A DNA stretch of 64,000 nt from Octopus sinensis (taxonomy: Eukaryota), in the NCBI RefSeq assembly GCF_006345805.1, contig NW_021832381.1, positions 62,001-126,000 of the forward strand. The letters are read 5' to 3'. This document shows positions 48,871 to 60,240 of the stretch, one piece after another (the stretch's first letter is position 1; each line of letters begins with the position of its first letter). The translations under genes were made by a program, and so were the position numbers. The notes beneath the pieces are model-generated. The model did no database searches. It had not been told where the DNA came from and worked only from the letters and a program-made list of their open reading frames with translations.

Positions 48871-49474
48871 TCGTATTGCCAATTTGAAGTTGGTGTGCAC
48901 ACACAGACAGACAGACAGACACACAGACAGACAGACAGACACACACCATACCATTTTATTATTAAGATTATATCTGTCGGGACAAAACAGCTCGGGTCGA
49001 CATCTTGAATTTTCGCCAGTTGTTGACGTAAAGCGTCAGGTACATCGTCTCGGTTGATGGCATAGCCATTTTCTGTGGTTAAATTGATTTCATCTCCTTT
49101 GCATTCCGTTTCCTTTAGGCGATATGCCTTCCAGAAACTTGGGTGTCTTCGATTAAGCTTAAAACATTCCAATCTCCAAGCTGAGTCAATGTTTTCTTTA
49201 GACCTTTTGTCGATCCTCTTTTTAAGAGAGGAAATCATTGCTCGTAGGCGTGTGCAGTCTGTTGGGTCAAAACATCTGCGTAGCCTCTTCTGGTATCTTG
49301 CCTTTTCTTTCAGGAGACTCACTACTGTGTCGTCGAGTTCATGAGTCCCTCCACCAGAGTGTTTAATGAACTTTTTCCTGGAGAACTTCTCCAAAGAAGT
49401 GTTGATAAGATTCCTAACGAGCTAGTCCAGACTTTCAATTTGTTTTGTCTCGTGTGGGACGCGACATATTAATA

Positions 49475-51241
49475 ATGTCTGACATCTTCAATATCAAAAA
49501 AAGTATTTTAATTAGACATGATTTTTCCATTAATTTGTTGTATTGCGGTTTAATACGTTTCTGTATTAATTTTATCTGAAAATTTACGCCTGGGTGTAAT
49601 TTGATTAATGGGGAAAATTAATTCTATATTATTACAATTTTTGTTCAAAAACTCATTAATTATAGCAACAATTTTATGTGCGCTGTTTGGGATTGGAATT
49701 GGAATTTATTTGAGAACATTTTCGTTATCACAAGATGTTATAACATGGATTGGTTATTATTATTTCTAATACTGTTTAATTAAATAGGCATTCCCGGGGA
49801 ACTTTTTTACCGTGCTTTAAACATGCTAGTACTTCCTTTAATAATTCCTAGCATATTCGTGGGTGATTATATATTTATTATTATTTTATAGCCATTTCAG
49901 AGATGAAACCTTCTGATAGCACAAGAACGATAGGAATTGTTTTCGGTTATGGAATATTAATTAACATTATTATGAATTTTATTGCCTTTGGATTTACATT
50001 GATTATAAAGCCAGGAAGTACGACTTCTAAAATGACTTATAGCGAGAAACAGTCTTAATCAGACTGGAACATTTGATGATGTTTATTCAACAAAACTAAT
50101 CATTTCTGACATCATGGCCGATTTCCTAAGGTATATAATGGTCAAATATTGTAGAAACCTAATTCCTGATAATTTGGTTAGAGCATTTTTTTCGTCTGTA
50201 ATTATTTAACTGTAAAAAATTTTAGGCTTTGACGGTTACTAAAAATACCTCTTCTGGAATACTTGAAAAACATCTAACAGAGACTGAAGGAAGCAACATT
50301 ATCGGTAAAGTATTTCTCTTTTTTTAGGTCTTGTATTTGCAACAATTTTGTTTGCAATAACTGGAAATTATATTCTGACAGATGAAATTTCTCAGCTCAT
50401 CATGGTTGTTTCTGGATTTCAAAAAATTGTCATTCATCTTTTTTCAAAATTATTTACGTATTTATTAATAAAATCGTAGAATAATGCCGGTGGGAGTAAT
50501 GTCAATCGTTGCTAGTACGATTATACAGGCTTCGGATATTGAAACTATTTTTTTTTCTCTTGGATATTTGATTATTACAGTTATATCAGTATTGTGTGTT
50601 CAAATGTTTGTTTTTATTCCATTCACAATTTATTTGACAACTCGCAGGAATCCGTTGTCTATTATGGCAAATTTTATAGAAGGCTTTTTAGTTTCTATTT
50701 CAACTTCATCAAGGTTCTTTTAATAAAGAAAATAATTTAGTCTAAGTGGAGTCCCTAAATTGTCAGAAGGACTTATAAATGCCTTTGAAACTGATTCTAC
50801 TCAAGCAAATTCGGCTGTAGCTTTATCTGTCCCGCTATGTGCATCTGGTTCTAGTGCCTACATTACGTGTGCAATAATGTTTATTGCAAATCTTGTAAAA
50901 AAACCTTTCATGCTCGAACAAATAATAATTGCCATGTTTTTATTGTGGATTTTCGATGATTAGATTTCTGAACTCCATCTCGGTCATTGCTCTACCAACG
51001 ATTCCTAACGCTAGCATTGTCCTTGTAATAATCATTCTTAAATCATTTAATATTTCGACAAAGTTTGTCGGCTTGTTGTTTGCGATTGATTGGTTATTGT
51101 ATGTGATGTTATATAACTAATTCAAGGGACCGTTTAAGGACAGGAGTTAACTACTACAATATGTCAGTATGTTCTATTATTGCCTGCAAATATTCTAACA
51201 TTAATATGAAACGTGATAAACACCCGGGAACTATGTTGTAG
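49475..51241 (+). CDS. Divergent SLC1 / dicarboxylate-amino acid:cation symporter (EAAT-like)
   Basis: GIPGELFYRALNMLVLPLIIPS, DFLRNLIPDNLVRA, NIIGLVFA, IMPVGV, STSSR and FAIDWLLDRLRTGVN; eleven GT-AG introns, most 22-35 nt. Confidence 0.88.
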
Positions 51242-51869
51242 CTTAACTTTATCATGATAACTAACCACTATTTAATTTTAGATGTAATAAAAATTGTTAA
51301 TTGAATTCAGTTGATTTAAAATTGTTACGAATTTCAGATTACTATTAAAAAATTACAAAAAATTAAAAAAAAATGCCACCAGGATTAATAAACATGAAAA
51401 ATTTCAAGACAACTTTAAAAAAGACAAAACACTCTTTTAGTAAAAAAAGGAAATCGATAAAATAATAATTTTTAATTTTAAAATTTGCAGTCTTTATCTT
51501 TTCATTATCCTGAATAAATATTTTCTTTCTTAAAGAACGTAACGAATTAAGTTGTTGTACCGTGATAATTTCTAAACCCCGGTTTGTCGCTTATTATTAT
51601 ATGTCACAGGCTGGATAATGCCCTGGGTTGGATAATACCCCCTTAAAAATTTTATTAAAATCAAACGAAAATAACCTGATGATTAATTAAAAATAATTTG
51701 ATAATGAAATTAAGTCGATTTATTCAATTTTTTTATCAAATTTTTGATTGAATTAATTTTTCCAAGAGTCGGCAAAAACCGTCATCACTAATTTTTCCGA
51801 ATCAATAACGTTTTTTATTATAATTATACAATTTTTTAGGTCTACCATTTAAAAACAAATATTAAAAAT

Positions 51870-52420
51870 TCATGAATTTTTATTATATAAAAAATTATTT
51901 AGATTTGCATTAATATCATGTCTCAGTAGAACATTATCTCCTACGGCTAAATCTTCATTAAATTTCCATTTCTGCCTCCTTTTCATTTTTTCTCCGGCGA
52001 AAACATGGCTTTCATACACACTTTGTTGATTCAAACAATCGTCCTCGTTTTCGAAATAATCAGATCCAATTATCTCCGATTGACTTGATTCAACCGCTTC
52101 ATTTCCATCGAATGACAATAACGCCGATCTTATTTCCTCCGGGATTAAATGATTTCCTCGCATAAAAATTTTGAAAGGTGTCCTCTTGGTCGTTTCATGC
52201 TTCGCCATGTTATATTTATAAACGATTTCTTGATAGAAGTCTTTATAGCTTCCAAAAGACCCATTTGAGGCACTAGTTGAGCTAATCCACCTTTTGATCG
52301 ATTGATTGAATCTAAAGATAAATTTACAAATAACTTGCCTTTCTACATGACCCTGAATCCATTTATCGCTATTAAGGCTAGCATACCTTCTTAAATCCAC
52401 TAAATCTGCAATCGGTCCAT
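51870..52420 (-). pseudogene. Gypsy-integrase-related (Ginger/KRABA2-like) transposase relic
   Basis: IADLVDLRRY fused to WIQGHVER|FNQSIK..YN..HETTKRTPF; a 27-nt GC-AG intron at 52312-52338; the catalytic core appears deleted. Confidence 0.6.
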
Positions 52421-52619
52421 ATAAAAAACATCTATTTGAATATTTTATATAATTTCCAACTCCCGTAGAACCATTTTATTCTTAAGATAAAGTTTTTTTT
52501 CTTTAATCAAATAAAATATTTTTTGTGCGACCGACAAAGATACTTTTAATTATCGAATTGGCCCTTGAGCTAAAAAAGGTTGCGAGTTTCCTGCTGTACA
52601 GAAATTAGCACTTCTTGTC

Positions 52620-53240
52620 CAAGTGGAACGACTGTATCGCCATATGTTTTGTCGGATGTTTAAATGAGCTCAGATAAAATTTTCATCCTTAAGACGTGTC
52701 ATCACTTTTGCATTCCAGTCACATGCACGGAAAATGAGTGGCGAAGCATGTTATAGGCATGGCGTGATTGTAAGTCCACTATTATTTAACATTTATATGG
52801 CGGATATTCCAAAGCCAGAACACCAAATGGTAACCTTATTATTTATGCAGATGATGTGCTCATAACGAACATGTCTTGGAGACTGGTGGATTCACAACGC
52901 AGGCTTCTCAAACTAGTTTCAAGATTCAAAATTTGGTGTAAAGGGAAGGGTCTTTCTCTGGGATCCGAAAAATGTACAATTACTCACAAATCGAGGAAAA
53001 GAAATGAGATACAGGCTAATAATATAATATCGGAGTTTGTTCGGACTCAGAGTCTTCGTTATCTTGGAATCTTACAATGGAAAAATGATCAATGGATGCA
53101 TACTGGAGAAAAAAGGGCAACAAGAATCTTATCGACTTGAATAACGATACGCTTGTTTACATTTATAAGAATGTGTTCAAACCAGGAATTTTATATGGAT
53201 GCAAAAGTTGGAAAATGGGAAGAAGCTAATTTATGATGAC
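52620..53240 (+). pseudogene. Degenerate LINE RT related to the array family
   Basis: SPLLFNIYMADIPKP, WCKGKGLSL and LRYLGI, with frameshifts. Confidence 0.65.
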
Positions 53241-53560
53241 ATCTCATCTCGTTCTATCAAGACCCTTGGAAAATATCATAGGCCATCCACCACGTGGTAT
53301 CCTTTTGAATAACAAACTTCTTGATTCTCTTGTGCCACCGGTCTATACTTCAGAGCAATCACTCAATAGGTATCTCCGTGTCCAGCTTGCACGACTTCGG
53401 TCGAGAAATCATCCACTCATTTTTAAAACACACCGCTCTCTCACCCTTGAAGACCTTTTTCCTGTCCTGGACTGCTTCACCTGTTACCACCTATTGGGAT
53501 TCGGGATCTCTGTTTCTCACTACCTGATTGCAGCCGGCTTCTTACATGTTTGAGAAGCCG
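53233..53560 (+). pseudogene. LINE ORF2 C-terminal fragment
   Basis: PPVYTSEQSLNRYLRVQLARLRS..CxxC-like tail typical of LINE C-termini. Confidence 0.5.
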
Positions 53561-54099
53561 GGGTAAGTAACTATTGTGGCCTAACAAAACGTTTTTATGG
53601 ACCTATCTACAAAAGATAACAAAAGAGAAACTACTAATAACGTAGACTATGTGGTCCATGGGCAGCTCGGAGTGCATGGATCTGTTACCCATTCTTCCAG
53701 TCTTGTGTCACATCCGGATTGCCTTGTTAATCTGTTATCGTTAGGGGCTATCATCGATCAAGTAACGCAGATGGACATAACCAAGGACATAATTAAGTAA
53801 CGCGAATGAAGTGGTTAATGTCTCTGGAGAAAGATTCAAAAGGATACCATGTTGTAGACGGCCTATGATCATCCGGGCTTTTAACAAAAAGTTCCTTACG
53901 TCAAAGTCTGTGGCGAACCTGAAGCGCCTGACTAAGATGTCGGGAAAAAGTTCAACTTTCCAATGCAAAAGCTGAAATCTCTGATTTTAGAGAATTCTCA
54001 AATGAATTCTCTTTCCAGATTGAGGAAGTAAAGTGTATTCCTTGAAGTATGCAGACGCCGACCAGAAAAGTCCCATAACAACTACTTGAAAAAAGATAT

Positions 54100-54800
54100 T
54101 TTCTGGAATAAATGGAATGATTCTCAAATACATCATGACCACTCCTTTTTTCAATTTGACTGATACCACCGACATTATCTATGCCGTACAGCTGACATAC
54201 CAAGCTCTTAAAAAATACTCCTCTAAGAATAACAATTGGAAAGGAGACATGAAAGCAAACTTAAAGTGCAGTATTAACAGATTCATACGCTTATTGGCCA
54301 AAATGGAAATTCAAAGTTTGATGAGGCAACGAGGGATACCCAAGTGAATATGAATTTCTAAAGTCAAAGAGAGTATAATCTGCTTGCATTGGAGACGAAA
54401 TAAAGATTGTCAAAAAAACTACGACTCAGTGAAGCAAGAAGAGAATTTCGTAAGCAAAATTGGTCCTTTGAACTCACTCGGCGACGTTTTTACCGAACAT
54501 CAAATGATGGAAAAACGTCTGCAGAGTTCGTGTTTAACGAAAGCGAATGTCTTTCCTATTGGAAGAAAATATGGAGTAAACACGAGAGGGATGGCAGTAC
54601 AGTGTTGATTAGCAAGAAAGTCACTGCAACAGAAAACACATTCGCTTTCAAAAACCACGGGGCCTCTATGTCTAATACAGAACCGCAACCTATTTTTTGA
54701 CAATGCTGGAGAATTGTGCAGTCATTGTAACTCAGCCACAAAAACAGTTGATCACTTAGCGACAAGGTGTGGTCAAATGCTAAATGCGTGTAACATAAAT
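54100..54800 (+). mobile_element. Internally deleted R4-like element
   Basis: IIYAVQLTYQ, EARREFRKQNWSFEL..RFYR and YWKKIW joined to TVDHLATRC. Confidence 0.65.
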
Positions 54801-55187
54801 CGATAATGAATATTATAAACAACTGCATACAAATAAAATTGGAGAATCTGCACACGAAAACAAAATCTACAGTAAAAATATAACCAGGTTAGAAAGAAAC
54901 CTTCTAATTGAAATAAGATAAAGGACTGACAGGATCACATAAATTTAATTTTATTACAGGGATATTTTTATAATTTTTATAATAGTTAGCAGAATAATAA
55001 TCACAAATTCTCTTTTTTATTGAACAGATAAATTTCTGCTTGACTTAGTTCAACAGACATTTTTTTAAAATTGATTTAAAAATTTTGAATCAAAAAATTT
55101 TTAGCAGGGTTCTCACATCAAATGATCCAAATAGTGTTTTATCACTTGTCGACTCAGGCATCGGAGAAAACAAAAATGGCGGATTCG

Positions 55188-55810
55188 AGAGAGTTTACTG
55201 TAATGTGTTAAAAATAATTAGGTTTTATTTAAAAAATATTAAAAAATAAATAATAAGTAATGAATTAAACATTCATTTGGGTTTTTTTTAACACATACAA
55301 AAATTAAGTAGAAATGCACTACACCATCCACGTCTCTATGAAGAGATGATAGGGAGTTTGCGGCTCTTTTTCACATTTATTGTGCAATGCCACCACGTCG
55401 TGGGTGAGACACGCGACATGTAGAGATTAAAAGAGACGCACTGACACCGGGATGACTTAATTAGACGATTACTATTCCTCTTTCCTGTGTTCTAGGGGTT
55501 AAATAATAATAACATACAAAAATTATTTTAAACTCTGGGGCATAAGATGACCTGGCAGTTCCCTCGGACGATCGCCTACGAGACTCTTTGGAAAAAATAA
55601 ATCTCGTTAGAATCTTTGTCCAGGCCGACGAAAAAAGAAAACGATTCCGGGCCGATGATCCAGAATATGTCAACGACTATTGGTGCGAATAAATCTGATG
55701 GAGTTTAATTGATTTACGGCATGATATTTTTTAGGGTGTTTAATGACAGCGCCTCGTTGTCATCCTGTGCTCTTGATCGAAAAAAACAAAATATAAGGTA
55801 AAAATATTGG
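55188..55810 (+). other. Possible small spliced gene of unknown function
   Basis: ATG in AAAA context, several GT..AG blocks and GC-richer exon-like segments; no unambiguous frame or family found. Confidence 0.25.
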
Positions 55811-56416
55811 AAACAAACAATTGGATTCTAGTCGATAACGTGAAAAATACATATCAATGATTAAAACCGTCGACGAGGCGGCAAAAATATTCAGGAAAAA
55901 AATTAATGAAGAAAATTGCAGTTATTGAGGGGTACATACTGGAAAATTTAATTAATTCTATAATACAAACTACTCATTTTTCTGGACCTTATGAAGTTAT
56001 TGTTATAAATAATGTTGTTTGGATTGATTTCTATCAACAAAGATGTTATTATTGTTATTTTTTTCATTTGAACAGCCAGGTTGTCTCAGCACTGGGTCTT
56101 CGTGGAGATCTATACCGATAACATTACTGGTTTCGAAAGTAAAAATGACTTCAGAAACAAGGCTTTAAATGTTTTAATTCAATTTTTTCAATCAACAATT
56201 AACTTTCAATCTAGTCAACAATTATAAATAACACGCTTTTGATGTTATACATGTCAACTCTAAATCAAGGCACTGACGTAAGTATTCAATCTGAATTAAC
56301 CAACTATACTTGAATTCAACAATAGATATAATTGAGGGTGCGGTCTATACATTAAAAGCCAACAATTGTGGTTTGAAACACCTTTTCTATAAATAGAGAT
56401 TCTTAAATCTCCAGAA

Positions 56417-57794
<1,378 letters not shown>

Positions 57795-57847
57795 CTCATC
57801 TGTTACTAAAAATCACTAACTTTTATTGAGCTTTGTTCAATAATCCC

Positions 57848-58775
57848 TTTATTAATAAAAAAACTAATTAACTAATTAATTTTCTAACTAATTCCAGAGC
57901 TTTTGAAGTGAGCAAAAGATGGGACTCCACGCACCTTCTTTCTTCCTCCTTTTCTCTGGCAATCCCAATTCACCCTCTTCACTACTGATAGAAGATTCAA
58001 GAATAGACCGGAACTATTCATTGGAGACAATCCTATTCCCTCTTTGCGTACCCAGAAGATCCTTGGCGTGGTTTTCGACTCCTTAATGACGTTCTCAAGT
58101 CACGTGGAGGAGGCCCTAGCTAAAGGTCTTCAGAGGTGGAACGTCTTGAAAGCTCTGTTAAAGAAGAGTCCCTTCCTCCTGAAAGATTGTGTCAGCAAGG
58201 TCTACCAACAAGTGATTGCCCCGACGGTTGAGTATGCCTGCTCAGCCTGGAGGTTTGAAAGCGGAACGTTTGAACTTACTCAGAAGGAAGATTATATGCT
58301 CCACACTGACACCTCAGTTGGCAGCCTTGCTTCTGAGGAGGCGATGCAGAAAAATGGACAGGGTTTCCTACGTTTCTGCAAGGAACTGGGAAACCCATTC
58401 AAGGAAAAGGTGGCCTATGCAGAGGAATTTCGGTCGGTTATAAAGAAATGCACTCCAATTGAGTTTCTCTGCAGAAGGAAGAGAAGGAGGAAGAGAAGGT
58501 TTCCGGGTTACGGTTGGGTCATCAAAAGATCATGTAAGGAGAGTAGGGCTGTTGTTGGAGGCAGGGATCACCTAATTAGTTAGTCCTGACCTATCTTTCT
58601 CGGTGATCTTGGAGTTAATAAATAATAACCTTTGAGAAAGTGCAATCCAGCGCCTCACGCTGACTAAGTTTCAGAAAAGGACTGAATCGCCAAGCATCAA
58701 ACAAGACACTCTCCAGACTCCCCTTAAGAACTGTTGACTGCATAGAGACTTATCTACACCCAGCTGTCTTAGTAC
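57848..58775. mobile_element. LINE 3' end (-) with a nested opposite-strand LINE 3' fragment (about 57965-58628, +)
   Basis: Flanks are colinear with 11869-12106; the insert encodes LGVVFDS..VIAPTVEYACSAW and ends in an (AAT)n tail. Confidence 0.65.
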
Positions 58776-58789
58776 CCCTTGTGGTATTC

Positions 58790-59400
58790 AATGAACAGTC
58801 AATCCCATGTCATCACACACTGAGTGACATGGACATTTCTACACCACCTGAAAATGTATCTCTGTTCCTATACGCAGATGATATTACGATCACGTCATCA
58901 AACACGAATCCAACAACAGCATGTCGTAAGTTCAACCATTCATTGATACCCTGTATAACTGGATCACTCTAAACGGGCTATCCATATCACCAACCAAATC
59001 ATCAGCCACTCTTCTAACAAGTAATACAAGAGAACACAATTTCACTTCGACAATAAGAATTACCAATATTCAAATTCCCCACACTAAAACAGTCAAAATA
59101 CTCGGGATAACGTACGATATCTCTATCATTTCGCCAACACATTGAAAACCTGACTCACAAATGCAAAATGAATGCCCTCCGCTCACTCACCGGAACAGAC
59201 TTTGAACAAAACAAGCAATGCTTAATACTCATATAGAAACAATACATTCTTTCAACATTGGACTACGCAGTCCATCATGGGCGCCTTTGCTGTCAAAAAG
59301 ACTCGTTCAGAAGTTACAATCAATCCAAAACCAAGCACTCAAAATCATTACGGGTTCTATGAAGTCTACTCCGACAGAAAATCAACATGATCAAACTTGT
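58790..59400 (+). pseudogene. Jockey-like RT fragment
   Basis: LFLYADDITI, VKILGITYD, SPSWAP and KLQSIQNQALKIITG. Confidence 0.7.
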
Positions 59401-59450
59401 AGACCATTTCGACATCTGTGGAACCCAATTCTTCGTCTCCGTGAGTATAA

Positions 59451-59843
59451 TCAATTTCCATTTACTGCAAGCATTCTGCTGATTTCATAGCTTGCAGTGA
59501 CTAATGCAGTACATTGATTATGACTTTTTGTAAAATGAGTCTGTAACGCAGATAAATTTTTTAGCAATTCATTTAGCTTTGAAACACGCATTGGACCTTC
59601 TTGGTTAATAAGCAACTTAATACCTTCGAAAGAACTGTATGATAGATGATTAGATTGATAATGCCTCTTTAGGTTGTATTCTTTCGGTATAGCGATAAAA
59701 TTGTTACATATCAAACAATGTATTTTTCCATCAACCCTTGTGCAAAAATAGAGAAGTTCCCATTTATCTTGAAACACTCTCGGTTCATCTTTCAAGAACC
59801 GTTTCTTTTTTATTCCAGAAGAAGCACGTGATATTGAAAACAC
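59451..59843 (-). pseudogene. hAT transposase N-terminal fragment (GTF2IRD2/SPIN-like BED finger)
   Basis: FQDKWELLYF..CLIC..KEYNLKRHY..H..SYEIS. Confidence 0.75.
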
Positions 59844-59929
59844 GATTTAAAAATACAATTAAAAATTTTAATTAAATGTAAAAAAATAAAAAATAATTTT
59901 TTGTATTTTATAACCATTAAATCAGACCG

Positions 59930-60240
59930 AACTTATTTTTACCAAATGAAGGACTGGTCCCTTGTAATAAACCCGGACAAAACGGAAAGAACTACCATAT
60001 CCCGCCTGGGGACGAGAAACGAGGAGAAGTGGAGAACATGCAAAAAAGTTGGATCTCTCCTTGGGGACTCGGAGGACGTTATTCGAAGGAAAGTGCTGGC
60101 TGTTACATCCTTCAAAAAAATGTGGACGATCTGGATGAGGCGCAAGTACATAGGAACCCGCCTTCGAATTCGGCTGTACAACTCCTTTGTCGAACCAATC
60201 TTGCTTTACAACGCGGGGACCTGGGGCCTAACCGCTAAAG
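59930..60240 (+). pseudogene. RTE-like RT C-terminal fragment
   Basis: INPDKTE..KKVGSLLG..RRK..RIRLYNSFVEPILLYNAGTWGLT. Confidence 0.7.

Larger units (their letters stand above)
46591..48967 (-). mobile_element. Non-autonomous Helitron, copy 2
   Basis: A|TC at the 5' end and CTAG|T at the 3' end, no TSD; same termini, microsatellite and 94-bp minisatellite as copy 1; longer helicase remnant. Confidence 0.93.
45151..49454 (-). mobile_element. Array element C: 5'-truncated LINE (linker plus RT) split by Helitron 2
   Basis: ORF 48968-49394 joins 45266-46590 in frame (PTDI-MDDK) once the Helitron is removed; RT motifs intact; ends in AATAAA..(TTCG)nTTCAA. Confidence 0.9.
37038..49466. mobile_element. 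TA-flanked MITE (about 390 bp when empty) whose right TIR is split by the LINE array
   Basis: TA|TGTCGCGTCCCA at 37036-37049 and TGGGACGCGACA|TA at 49455-49468. With the array removed, the IR extends to 17/20 matches. Confidence 0.6.

Noticed and set aside
48786-49394. LINE-Helitron fusion protein
   Set aside because: The C-terminal WYGVCLSV.. part is passive read-through into the Helitron microsatellite; the true frame resumes at 46590.
37417-49454. Telomeric HeT-A/TART-type array
   Set aside because: It is interstitial, with ordinary genes on both sides and no telomeric repeats. The analogy is limited to architecture.
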